NCBI GenBank assembly: GCA_963743975.1
Contig: CAVURS010000003.1
Coordinates: 66,780 to 130,779, forward strand
Source: an uncultured Actinomycetota bacterium
GTDB lineage: Bacteria; Actinomycetota; Actinomycetes; Actinomycetales; CAVURS01
Direction: 5' to 3'
DNA length: 64,000 nucleotides
The notes beneath the pieces were generated by a model that did no database searches, was not told where the DNA came from, and was given only the letters and a program-made list of their open reading frames with translations. This document shows, in pieces, positions 38,798 through 48,714 of the stretch; the first letter of the stretch is position 1; each line of letters opens with the position of its first letter. A program made the translations under genes and the position numbers.

Positions 38798-40272
38798 ATG
38801 AGCTCCACCACGCAGACGGCGCGCCCGGCGCCGGCCGCACCGGCCCGGACCTACGCGTCCCTGCGGGCGGCGTGGGTCCCGCTCCTCGCCCTGTGCCTGG
38901 CCTTCTTCGTCGAGATGGTCGACAACACGCTGCTGACCATCGCCCTGCCGACGATCGGCCGCGACCTGGGCAGCGGCACGACCGCGCTGCAGTGGGTGAC
39001 CGGCGCCTACTCGCTCACGTTCGGCGGCCTCCTGCTGACCGCGGGCTCGGCCGCGGACCGGCTCGGCCGTCGCCGCGTGCTGCTCGTCGGGCTCGCCGCG
39101 TTCGGCCTGATCAGCCTGTCCGTCCTGGCGGTCCACTCCGCCGGCGAGCTGATCGCACTGCGCGCGGCGCTGGGCGTCGCCGCGGCCGCCATGGCCCCGA
39201 TCACGAACTCGCTGGTCTTCCGGCTCTTCGACGACGCGGCGCTGCGGATGCGCGCGATGACGGTGATGATCGTCGTCGGCATGAGCGGCTTCGTCCTCGG
39301 CCCGCTCCTGGGCGGCACCGCCCTCGCGCACGTGCGCTGGGAGTGGCTGCTGGTCGTCAACGCGCCGATCGCCCTCATCGCCTGGGTCGGCGTCCGGCTC
39401 GGCGTCCCGGCCGACAGCGCCGACGGGCCTGACCGGTGACCGGCTCGACCTTCCCGGCGCCGTCCTCAGCATCACCACGATCGGGCTCGCCTGCTACACC
39501 CTGACCAGCGGCGTGCAGCACGGCTGGCTCTCGGTGGCGACGTTCGGGTCCCTGCTCGGCGCAGTCCTCGTCCGTCGCCGCCTTCCTGTGGCACGAGCGC
39601 CGCACGCCGCAGCCGATGCTGGACCTCACGGTGTTCAGGACCGGCACCGTCCGGGGCGCTGCGCTCGCGCAGGTCGGCACCTCGATCGCCATGGCCGGTG
39701 TGATGTTCGGCCTGATCCTGCACTTCCAGTACGCGTACGGCTGGACCCCGGTCCGCGCCGGCCTGGCCAACCTCCCGTTCATCCTCACGATGGTCGTGGC
39801 CACGCCGATCTCCGAGCTCCTCGGGAAGCGGTTCGGCCACCGCATCGCCTGCCTGGTCGGGGCGGTGCTCCTGGCCGGCTCGCTGGGTGGCCTGGCCTGG
39901 GCCGTCGACCACGGCTACATCGCGATCGCCGTCTGCATGGTCATCCTGACCGTCGGGCTGCGGACCGTGATGACCATCTGCGCCGTCGCTCTCGTCAGCG
40001 CGATGCCCAGCAACCGCACCTCGATCGGCGCCGCGCTCAACGACACCGCTCAGGAGGTCGGCACGAGCATCGGGACGGCCGTCGTCGGCACGTTCATCGC
40101 CGCTCTCGTCACCGCGAGCCTGCCGGCGGGGGTGTGGAGCAGCGACCTGGTCGCGTCCTTCTTCCACGGCGAGCGCGTCACGTACGCCGTGCTGGCGGTG
40201 ATCGTCGGCATCGTCGCCGGCTGGGGAGCGCTGACCCTGACCGACTCCCACGCCACCGAGGAGCCTGAGTAG
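38798..40272 (+). pseudogene. MFS transporter (DHA2-like); two frame breaks
   Basis: ATG 38798 follows GGAGG. ORF 38687..39439 (VDNTLLTIALPTIGRDLG, ADRLGRRRVLL), then the frame of ORF 39513..40268 (LTGDRLDLPGAVLSITTIGLACY), then ORF 39616..40272. Junctions at GGG 39425-39427 and near 39568-39576. Confidence 0.8.
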
Positions 40273-40279
40273 TCGGCCG

Positions 40280-40879
40280 TCAGCTCTCGCCGGCTGCCGT
40301 CAGGACGCGCTTCGCGCGGCGCTCGGCCAGCCAGAACAGCCCGAGGTAGCCGGCGTAGACCACGACCAGGACGGCCGAGAAGACCCGCACCGGTCGGCGG
40401 GGATCGAAGATCGCGACGAGCAGCTGCGAGACCACGACGACCAGGAGCAGGACCAGGACCCAGCGCGCGCGCCGGATCCGCCGGGCGGCGTCGACCGTCA
40501 GCGCGCGGTCGGTCGGGTCGTCCGGCAGCCGAGCGGTGCGGAACGCCTTCCGGACGCGTCGACGTGTCCGGCGATCGGCACCGAGCAAGGCGATCGGCTC
40601 GGGGAGCCACTGCCCGTGCCGTCGGCGGTGCACGTACGCGATGGCAAGCCACTCCAGGACGGTGAGGACGAGGATGACGACGACGGCGAGAACGCTGACG
40701 TACCACGGAAGATGACGATGCGGTCGGTGCTCGTGATCGGCGACGAGGGGCCCGACGAAGGCACCGGAGACGGCGCCCAGCACGACAGCGATCGGCATCA
40801 GCCAGAGGCGTCGGTTGCGGCGCTGGTTCGCCGTGCGACGGAACGGCTCCAGGAGGTCCTCGGTGCTCACGCGGCACAC
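40280..40879 (-). CDS. hypothetical membrane protein
   Basis: ORF 40280..40879 has four hydrophobic spans separated by Arg-rich loops. No recognisable domain. Confidence 0.5.
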   Translation of the reverse strand: MCRVSTEDLLEPFRRTANQRRNRRLWLMPIAVVLGAVSGAFVGPLVADHEHRPHRHLPWYVSVLAVVVILVLTVLEWLAIAYVHRRRHGQWLPEPIALLGADRRTRRRVRKAFRTARLPDDPTDRALTVDAARRIRRARWVLVLLLVVVVSQLLVAIFDPRRPVRVFSAVLVVVYAGYLGLFWLAERRAKRVLTAAGES

Positions 40880-41022
40880 CGTCCACCCGGATCAATGCCC
40901 CCCGCGACCCGAACGCCGCAATCGCCCCTCAGGCGTACCCGGTCGGCCCCCCGTGGGTCGCCGACAGTGGTAACGGTGACGCGGTGGGTGACCTGGCGAC
41001 CCGCGGACGTCGTTGCCGCGGC

Positions 41023-41448
41023 TCAGGCGTCGCGGTCCTCGGCGAGGTGCTCGAGGAAGCCGGGCAGGAAGAAGTCGAGGACGTTGCGCCGGACCCGGTA
41101 GTGGTAGTAGCGCCCCTCCTTGCGCACGTTGACCAAGCCCGCACCGCTCAAGATCTTGATGTGGTACGAGATGGTCGACTTCGTGATCGGGAGGACCTTC
41201 TCGAGCTGAGTGCAGGGGTACTCGGCGTCGCAGTTCGCGATCAGCGACAGGATCTCGATCCGCGTCGGCTCGCTCAGCGCGCGGAAGACCTCGATGTAGG
41301 CGTCCGCGGTGGAGCGTCGAAGGATGCTCGAGGTGATCTCGTCGAGTGCGGGCGATGCCGTTGCCGCCGGCTGCTGCCTCTTCCGCGCCGGCTGTGCCGT
41401 CGCGCGCCTGCCTCTGGCCGACGGTTTCGTGGCCGCTGCCGGAGTCAT
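41023..41448 (-). CDS. ArsR/SmtB-family transcriptional regulator
   Basis: From MTPAAATK (ATG 41446-41448) in ORF 41023..41520. FRALSEPTRIEILSLI..TKSTISYHIKILSGAGLVNVRKEGRYYHYRV. Confidence 0.8.
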   Translation of the reverse strand: MTPAAATKPSARGRRATAQPARKRQQPAATASPALDEITSSILRRSTADAYIEVFRALSEPTRIEILSLIANCDAEYPCTQLEKVLPITKSTISYHIKILSGAGLVNVRKEGRYYHYRVRRNVLDFFLPGFLEHLAEDRDA

Positions 41449-41585
41449 CTGGATCCTCGCTTCTGAGAGCGCCGCGAACCCCGTGGCGATGGACAGTTCG
41501 ATGGTGCGGTCACCATACAACAGTGGGGACCGCGCGTCGTTCCGACGCCGTTGACGCAGAAGTTGTCGTCGTGAAAACGTTGACC

Positions 41586-41978
41586 ATGGCGGACGACGGG
41601 TTCGGTTTCGACAACATCGGCATCGCGACCACCGACCTCGGGCGCAGCCTCAGCTTCTACCGCCTCCTCGGCTTCGAGGGCGACGAGCCGGAGGACGGCG
41701 CCGCGCTCATGCGCCACGGCAACGCCGCCCTCTACATCTTCACCACCCCAACGCAGTCCAAGGACGACGCCCGGCGGCTCGACATGCAGGGGAACGCCAC
41801 CGGCGTCGACCACATCAGCTTCCGCGTGGCCGACGTCGACCAGACCAGCCAGGAGCTGCGCGACCGCGGCATCGTGGTCGAGTCGGGCCCCGAGGACCAG
41901 AGCTGGGGTGCGCGCACGATCACCGTGCTCGACCCCGACGGCAATCGCCTCTGGTTCCTGAGCGACCTTCGGGCGTGA
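41586..41978 (+). CDS. VOC/glyoxalase-family protein
   Basis: ATG 41586 (alternative GTG 41571) in ORF 41346..41978. FDNIGIATTDLGRSLSFYRLLGF...GVDHISFRVADVD...WGARTITVLDPDGNRLWF. Confidence 0.8.
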   Translation: MADDGFGFDNIGIATTDLGRSLSFYRLLGFEGDEPEDGAALMRHGNAALYIFTTPTQSKDDARRLDMQGNATGVDHISFRVADVDQTSQELRDRGIVVESGPEDQSWGARTITVLDPDGNRLWFLSDLRA

Positions 41979-42358
41979 CGTAGCCGAGGGTCCGATCGCC
42001 CCAGTCGGTGCGGGAGCCCGGCGATGCTTCGATGAGCATCGTACGAGCGGGTAGGACCGTGGTCAACGGTTCCAGCCCCTCGATGTGGGAGCTGTGAGAT
42101 CACGGGGCTCTCCCCGTGCGTGCCCCACGCCGACTCGACGCCGACTCGAGCCGGGCGGGCAAGCGTCCCAAAAGTATTGCGCCGCAACAAATTAAGCACG
42201 GACGTCGGCCAAGACTCCGCTGTGCCGACTCCCTGGTAATCGCCGGCCGGGTCGGATACCTTCCGACCTCGTGAGGTCGTCATCACGACTTGGGTATTGA
42301 CGGCCCACACTTCGATGGTTGTACGGTTCGGCAACTGATGTACCCGAGGGAGCTGCGC

Positions 42359-43609
42359 ATGTCGCTTACATCGTCCACCGTCGGCGCTCGCCGGGAGATC
42401 GGTGACGTCCCCGCACGATGTTCGCGCAGGTGGTTCGGCAGGACCGGTACGGCGATCCGGCCTGAACGCGTTCAAGGTCGAGGAGATCGAGACCCCGACG
42501 CCCGGACGCCCAGGAGGTCCTGATCGCGGTGATGGCGGCCGGCATCAACTACAACAACGTCTGGGCCGCGCGCGGCGAGCCGATCGACGTCATCGCCCAG
42601 CGCCAGCGCGGCCGGCGAGCCGTACGACTTCCACATCGGCGGCAGTGACGCGTCCGGCATCGTCTTCGCCGATCGGCGACGAGGTCACGAACGTCGCCGT
42701 CGGGGACCACGTCGTCGTGCATCCCGGCTACTGGGCTCCCGACGACCCCTGGGTCCTCGCCGGCAAGGACCCGATGCTCGCGCCGTCGGCCCACATCTGG
42801 GGCTACGACACGAATTTCGGCTCCTTCGCCCAGTTCGCCCTCGTGCAGTCGCACCAGGTGATGCCGAAGGCCCCGCAGCTGAGCTGGGCCGAGGCCGCCG
42901 CCCCGACCCTGGTCGGGCACGACCATCTACCGGATGCTCCATGGCTGGCAGGGCAACACGGTGGGCAAGGACGACGTCGTGCTGGTGTGGGGCGGCTCCG
43001 GCGGGCTCGGCTCGCAGGCGATCCAGATGGCGCGGGCCGCCGGCGGCACTCCCGATCGCGGTCGTCTCCGACGAGGAGCGCGGCGCGTACGTGGAGAAGC
43101 TCGGCGCCGCCGGGTGGATCAACCGCAACGACTTCAGCCACTGGGGCATCCCGCCGCACATCTCCGACACGGCCGGCCAGAAGGAATGGACGGCCGGCGC
43201 GCGGGCCTTCGGGAAGCGGATCTGGGACATCCTCGGCGAGCGGCGCGGGCCCTCGATCGTCGTCGAGCACCCCGGTGAGGCGACCGTCCCGACCAGCATC
43301 TTCGTCTGCGAGCCCGGCGGCATGGTGACGATCTGCGCCGGCACGACCGGGTACGAGGCGATGGTCGACCTGCGCTACCACTGGACCCGGCAGAAGCGAC
43401 TGCAGGGCTCGCACGGCACCAACGACGAACAGGCCTACGCCTACAACGAACTCATCCTCTCCGGCGCCATCGACCCCGGTCTCGGCCGGGTCATCTGCTT
43501 CGACGAGATCGGCGACGCCCACGCCCGCATGGGTGCGGGTGTCGATGTCTTCGGCAACGTCGTCGCGCTCGTCGGCGCGCCCGACGCCGAGTCGGGGAGG
43601 TCTGACTGA
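42359..43609 (+). pseudogene. crotonyl-CoA carboxylase/reductase-like (MDR superfamily) enoyl-CoA reductase; at least 7 frame breaks
   Basis: Reassembled by hand: [18 protein letters not shown] / [14 protein letters not shown] / [12 protein letters not shown] / [35 protein letters not shown] / [20 protein letters not shown] / [26 protein letters not shown] / [35 protein letters not shown] / PIAVVSDEE...GNVVALVGAP. Junctions are near 42412, 42460, 42502, 42610, 42671, 42915 and 43052. Confidence 0.75.
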
Positions 43610-43610
43610 G

Positions 43611-44525
43611 GTGAGCGTCGACGTCGAAACGGTCGACCGTCCGGCGCCCGTCGACCGAGGCGCACGGCGTCGGGCCCCGTGGCGTCCCGAGCTGTCCTGG
43701 CGGGCCGGTGCCGCGATGGCACTGCCGATGCTGATCCTCATCGCGTTGTTCCTCATCTACCCGCTGATCCGCCTGCTGCAGGTGGCCTTCGGGCCGCCGA
43801 GCGGCGTCCACAACTTCTCCGGCTTCTTCGACTCGGCTCGGCCGACCTGAAGGTCATGCGGGTCACGTTCGTGGACTCGGCGATCGTCGCCGTCTTCTCG
43901 GTCGGACTGGGCGCGGTGCTCGCGTGGTTCATCCGCACGACCGGCGAGCCGGGTCATGCGCATGATCCTCATCGCGGTGGTCTTCGTGCCGTTCTGGATG
44001 GGCTCGGTCGTGAAGCTGTACTCCTTCACCATCCTGCTGGAGCGGCTGGGCCTGGTGAACCGGGTGCTGCTGAAGCTCGGCCTGATCAACGACCCACTGC
44101 ACCTGATCTACAACCAGTTCGCCGTCGTGGTCGGCATGGTCTACCAGCTGCTTCCGTACGCCGTGCTTCCGCTCCTGGTGGTCTTCAACAGCATCGACGA
44201 GGACCTGTTGCGAGCGGCCCAGGGCCTGGGGGCCAGCCGCGCGCGGGCGATCCGCAACGTGGTGCTGCCGTTGTCGCTGCCCGGACTCATGGCCAGCACC
44301 ACGATCGTCTACGTCGTCGGGCTGGGCTTCTTCCTCACGCCGGTGCTCCTGGGCGGTGCGACGTCGCCGTTCTCGGCCTCGTTCATGTACGACGACATCT
44401 TCCAGTACTTCGACTTCACCTCCGCCACGGTGTCGGCGATCGTCCTGCTCGCCGGTGGTGCCCTGGTCCTGCTGCTCGCCAGCCGGCTCGTGGGTCGCGA
44501 CCAGCTGCGCAAGGCCCTCGGATGA
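43611..44525 (+). pseudogene. ABC transporter permease (PotB-like); frame leaves and returns
   Basis: GTG 43611. ORF 43533..43850 (LPMLILIALFLIYPLIRLL), then the frame of ORF 43679 (SADLKVMRVTFVDSAIVAVFSVGLGAVLAWFIRTT), then ORF 43956..44525 (EAA-type loop DEDLLRAAQGLGASRARAIRNVVLP). Junctions are near 43831-43840 and 43945-43953. Confidence 0.8.
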
Positions 44526-45371
44526 GCGCGGGCACGGGCGGGACCGCCGCCGCGAACCTCCGGCGCGCGCAGCACGCGGGGCCGCGACAACGCGACCAGG
44601 ATCGCGGGCGGCGTCGTCTGCGGCGTGATCGCGGTCTTCATGATCCTGCCGGCGCTCACCGTCGTCGTGATGTCGTTCGCGGGTGGCAACCAGATCGCCT
44701 TCCCCCCGACGTCGTGGAGCTTCGTGCAGTACCAGCGGTTCTTCACCGGTGGGCTGTGGCTGCCCGCGATCTGGCAGTCCCTTCTCGTGGGCGTGCCGGT
44801 CAGCCTGATCGCGACCGCGGCCGGCGTTCCCGCTGCCCTTGCCCTGCAACGGACCCGGCTCCCGCAGAGCGGCCTGGTGCGGGCGCTCGGTCTGGCGCCG
44901 CTGGTCGTCCCCGGTGTCGCGTACGCCGTGGCGCTGTACGACTTCTTCTCCCAGATCCACCTGATCGGCAGCTACTGGGGCCTGGTGCTCGCGGACACCA
45001 TGGTCGTCCTGCCGTTCGTCGTGATCCTCGTGGAGGCGGCGCTGATGCGCGTCCCGCGTGACCTCGAGCTGGTGGCCATGAGTCTCGGGGCCTCGCGCTC
45101 CCGCGCCGTGGTCGGGATCACGCTGCGGCTGATCCGGCCGGCCATCTTCGCGGCCCTCCTCCTGACGTTCGTCACCAACTTCGACGAGGCGGTGTTCGTC
45201 AACTTCCTCTCCGGAGCCGGGTTGAACACGTTGCCGAAGGTCATCTTCGGCTCCTTGCGCACCGGCCTCGATCCTTCGATCACCGCCGTGGCCACGTCAC
45301 TGATGGTCCTGAGCACCGGGGTGGTCGTCACAGCCTTCGCGCTGCAGCGGCGAGGGCAGACCATCCGATGA
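44522..45371 (+). pseudogene. ABC transporter permease (PotC-like); one frame break near the 5' end
   Basis: ATG 44522 overlaps the upstream stop (ATGA). After about 20 codons the sequence continues in the frame of ORF 44625..45371 (RDNATRIAGGVVCGVIAVFMILPAL...AMSLGASRSRAVVGITLRLIRP). Junction near 44575-44590. Confidence 0.8.
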
Positions 45372-45453
45372 GCTGACCCAGTCAGCGCGTTCCCCTGCAC
45401 CACATCTCCACCCCTGTGCTTGCGCTCCACCGGACAGAGAGGTCCGCACCACG

Positions 45454-46326
45454 ATGACTGAAAGCCAAGCGAACGAGATCCTCTGGTCACTCGAGGACGG
45501 CGTCGGGATCCTGACGCTGAACCGCCCGGACCAGATGAACGCCATCTCGCCCGTGCTCGAGGACGAGATGCACCGGCTCCTGAAGGAGGCCGAGTCCGAC
45601 CCGGCGGTCCGCGTGATCGTCATCACCGGCGCGGGCCGGGCCTTCAGCGCCGGGTATGACCTGGGTGAGGACACCATCGAGCACCCGGACGGCACCGTCC
45701 GCGCCAGCGATGCCCTCAACTACTGGTGGACCGTCGACACCGGGTCGGCCGACAAGCACCTGTCGATCATGCGCCTCGCCAAGCCGGTGATCGCCGCAGT
45801 GAACGGTTGGTGCCTCGGCGGCGCGATGTGGTACGCGCTCTGTGCGGACATCACGCTCGCGTCGGACAAGGCCGTGTTCGGCCAGCCCGAGGTCCGCGAG
45901 ATCCAGAACTCCACCTTCATGTTCGCGGCCCTCGCCGGGTGGAAGCACGCCCACCGCTACGCGCTGACCGGCGATCACTTCGACGCGGCCGAGGCGGAGC
46001 GGATCGGCATCATCAACGAGGTCGTGCCCCATGACGAGCTCATGGACCGGGCCACCGCCCTCGCGCGCCGCATCGCGCTGCTGCCGGCGGACACCGTACG
46101 GCTCAACAAGGCCATCACCACCTACGGGCTGGAGGCGATGGGCCTGGCCAACGCGATGCGCGCCGGCGGCCTGATCTCCGTGGCCCTGCACTCGGGGACG
46201 GACTCGCGGGATCTGGACGAGCTCAACCGGATCCGCAAGGAGGAGGGCATGCGCGCCTCGCTGGCCTTCCGCGACAACCCCTTCCTGCCCGAGCCGGGCG
46301 GCCCTCGCAGCCGCCCGCGGTCGTAG
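45454..46326 (+). CDS. enoyl-CoA hydratase/isomerase family protein
   Basis: Intact 290-aa ORF. LTLNRPDQMNAIS, ITGAGRAFSAGYDL, AAVNGWCLGGAMWYAL. Confidence 0.85.
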   Translation: MTESQANEILWSLEDGVGILTLNRPDQMNAISPVLEDEMHRLLKEAESDPAVRVIVITGAGRAFSAGYDLGEDTIEHPDGTVRASDALNYWWTVDTGSADKHLSIMRLAKPVIAAVNGWCLGGAMWYALCADITLASDKAVFGQPEVREIQNSTFMFAALAGWKHAHRYALTGDHFDAAEAERIGIINEVVPHDELMDRATALARRIALLPADTVRLNKAITTYGLEAMGLANAMRAGGLISVALHSGTDSRDLDELNRIRKEEGMRASLAFRDNPFLPEPGGPRSRPRS

Positions 46327-46382
46327 CCCCCCCATCCCCCTACCCCTGCCGTGCTCGACCGCCGAACAGATGGAGCAACGTC

Positions 46383-47489
46383 ATGACCCGCTCGTCTCGA
46401 CACCGTCTCACCGCGCTGGCCTCGCTCGCCACGGCCACCGCCCTCCTCTGCGCCTGTGGCTCTTCCTCCGGCGGCTCGAGCTCTCAAGCGGGCGCCAACT
46501 CCTCGAGCAAGCCCGACGTGTCCTCGCTCAAGGGCCAGACCATGACCATCACCTCGTGGGGTGGGGTCTGGACTGACAACGAGCAGAAGTACCTGTTCAC
46601 GCCGTTCACCCAGGACACCGGCATCAAGGTCAAGGTCGTCATCAACGGATCCGACCCGGCGGTGCCGGCGATCCTGCAGGAGCAGCAGGGCAACGTCTCG
46701 ATCGACATCGCCGAGTCGCTCAACCCGGTCGTGCTGCTGAACAAGGGCTACGCGCAGAACTTCCCGTCCTGGCTGACGTCGGAGTTCGCGAGCGAGTTCG
46801 CCCCCGGCGCCTACACCGCCAACACCGTCGACGCCGGCGACACCGCCACGGTGATCGCCTGCAACCCGGCAGTCATGGCCAAGTGCCCGACGAACCCGCA
46901 GGAGTTCTTCGACACCGTCAACTTCCCCGGTCCGCGGGCGATCGTCAACGACCCGGACGAGGCCATCCCGATGGCTCTCGAGGCCGACGGCGTGTCCGGC
47001 TCGCAGCTCTTCCCGCTCGACATCAAGCGCGGCATCGACAAGCTGAAGACGATCAAGAAGTCGGTCTCGGTCTGGCCGAGCTCCGGCTCCCAGCAGCAGC
47101 AGGTGCTGATCGACAAGCAGGTCGGCGCCGAGATCATGTGGAACGGCCGGGCGTTCGTCGTCCAGCAGCAGAACATCAAGAACCTGCAGATCAGCTGGGA
47201 CGGTGCGCTGCTCCCGGAGCCGAACGGCTTCGTGGTGCTGAAGGGCGCTCCGCACGCGCAGGCCGCGTTCGCCTTCTTCTCGTGGATGGCCGCGCACCCG
47301 CAGAACCAGGCCCAGTGGAGCGCGGCGCTGACCTACCCGATGCCGGCCAAGGGTCTGGAGAAGCTGGTGCCGGCTGCCGTCGCGGCCGCGCTGCCCAATG
47401 GCAAGACGGGCATCACACGCACCGACAACAAGTGGTTCGCCGCGAACTCCAAGGAGCTCGAGCAGGCGTGGCAGGCCTTCCTTGGCTGA
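46383..47489 (+). CDS. ABC transporter substrate-binding lipoprotein (PotD/PotF-like, SBP family 1)
   Basis: Intact ORF. Lipobox LLCACGSSSGG, followed by a PotF-like fold (TITSWGGVWTDNEQKYLFTPFTQDTGIKVK). Confidence 0.85.
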   Translation: MTRSSRHRLTALASLATATALLCACGSSSGGSSSQAGANSSSKPDVSSLKGQTMTITSWGGVWTDNEQKYLFTPFTQDTGIKVKVVINGSDPAVPAILQEQQGNVSIDIAESLNPVVLLNKGYAQNFPSWLTSEFASEFAPGAYTANTVDAGDTATVIACNPAVMAKCPTNPQEFFDTVNFPGPRAIVNDPDEAIPMALEADGVSGSQLFPLDIKRGIDKLKTIKKSVSVWPSSGSQQQQVLIDKQVGAEIMWNGRAFVVQQQNIKNLQISWDGALLPEPNGFVVLKGAPHAQAAFAFFSWMAAHPQNQAQWSAALTYPMPAKGLEKLVPAAVAAALPNGKTGITRTDNKWFAANSKELEQAWQAFLG

Positions 47490-47565
47490 GCAGGCGAACG
47501 AGACGTCCCTCGTCACATCGGCGGTCGCCATCGCCGATGTGACGGGGGATCCGGAGGCGGAGAGG

Positions 47566-48696
47566 ATGCCGGTGACAGAGCAGAGCCCACGGGCGAGGTC
47601 GGTGAAGTTCACGACCGAGCCGGTCCTGGAGCTGAACGCCGTTCACAAGGCGTACGGCGCCGCGACGGCGGTGAAGACCGTCGACCTCACCGTGCCCGAG
47701 GGCGAGCTGCTCACGCTGCTCGGCCCGAGCGGCTCGGGCAAGACCACGCTGCTGAAGCTGGTCGCGGGGTTCACCGACATCACGTCCGGACACATCCTGC
47801 TGCGCGGGCGGGACATCTCCGAGATGAGCCCGGCCCAGCGCGGCATCGGGATGGTCTTCCAGAACTACGCGCTGTTCCCGCACATGACGGTCGACGACAA
47901 CGTGGCGTACGGCCTGAAGATGCTCAAGCGGCCGGCTGAGGAACGCCGCAAGCGGGTGGCCGAGATGCTGGAGCTGGTCGGGCTTCCGCAGATGGGCAGC
48001 CGCCTGCCGCGAGAGCTCTCCGGCGGCCAGCAACAGCGCGTGGCGCTCGCCCGGGCGCTCGCGTTCGGGCCGTCCCTCCTGCTGATGGACGAGCCGCTCG
48101 GGGCACTGGACCGCGAGCTGCGCGAACGGATGATGGTGGAGATCCGCCGGATCCACCAAGAGGTCGGTGTGACCGCGCTCTACGTCACGCACGACCGCGA
48201 GGAGGCACTCACCCTGTCGGACCGGATCGCGATCATGCGTGACGGTGTCCTGGAGGGGGTGGGCACCCCGGCCGAGCTCCTGACGGCGCCGCCGACGCGG
48301 TTCATCGCGTCGTTCTTCGGCGGTCACACCGTCCTGCCGGCGACCAGGCACTCCGGTGCCGGCGGCTCGGTCAGCCTGCTCGAGCAGGTCATCTCCGTCC
48401 CGCGCTGTTCGCCGGCGCTGCCGGCGGAGGGCGAGGTCGCGGTGTCCGTCCCGACCGCGGCGCTGTCCACCCGCCCGCCCGAGGGCGACGCGCGTCCGCT
48501 CGTGCTCGACGTGACCGTGGCCGACCTGCTGGACCTGGGCGACCACATCCGCCTGACCTGTGACCTGCCCGTCCCGGGGTCGACCCCCGTCCGGGTGCGG
48601 ATCACGGAGCCTCGATCCGGCGTCAGCGGCGGCGTGTCGACCGGACACCCGCTACGCCTCTACGCCGACACGCGGCTCCTCGCCGTCGTGCCCTGA
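47566..48696 (+). CDS. ABC transporter ATP-binding protein (PotA-like)
   Basis: ATG 47566 follows GGAGAGG in ORF 47398..48696. Walker A GPSGSGKTT, signature LSGGQQQRVALARAL, Walker B LLLMDEP, plus a C-terminal regulatory domain. Confidence 0.9.
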   Translation: MPVTEQSPRARSVKFTTEPVLELNAVHKAYGAATAVKTVDLTVPEGELLTLLGPSGSGKTTLLKLVAGFTDITSGHILLRGRDISEMSPAQRGIGMVFQNYALFPHMTVDDNVAYGLKMLKRPAEERRKRVAEMLELVGLPQMGSRLPRELSGGQQQRVALARALAFGPSLLLMDEPLGALDRELRERMMVEIRRIHQEVGVTALYVTHDREEALTLSDRIAIMRDGVLEGVGTPAELLTAPPTRFIASFFGGHTVLPATRHSGAGGSVSLLEQVISVPRCSPALPAEGEVAVSVPTAALSTRPPEGDARPLVLDVTVADLLDLGDHIRLTCDLPVPGSTPVRVRITEPRSGVSGGVSTGHPLRLYADTRLLAVVP

Positions 48697-48714
48697 CCCC
48701 GACTGGGAGCATCT

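Noticed and set aside
42297-42327. Sigma-70-like promoter hexamers: TTGACG-19 nt-TACGGT here, TTGACG-17 nt-CATCAT at 56135-56163, and TTGACA at 50867-50872.
   Set aside because: The -35-like words are convincing, but the -10 partners are weak or badly spaced. Without transcription start data these calls would be guesses, so they are not listed as features.
41732-42475. A 247-aa minus-strand ORF spanning the 380-nt gap before the ccr-like gene.
   Set aside because: It has no recognisable motif. It overlaps the 3' end of the VOC gene and the 5' end of the ccr-like gene. Its composition is typical of off-frame noise.
4980-44600. Programmed ribosomal frameshifting or transcriptional slippage as the explanation for the frame breaks.
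   Set aside because: There are far too many (about 38), in unrelated genes and in both directions. No shared slippery heptamer or downstream structure is present. Junctions sit at ordinary short G/C runs.
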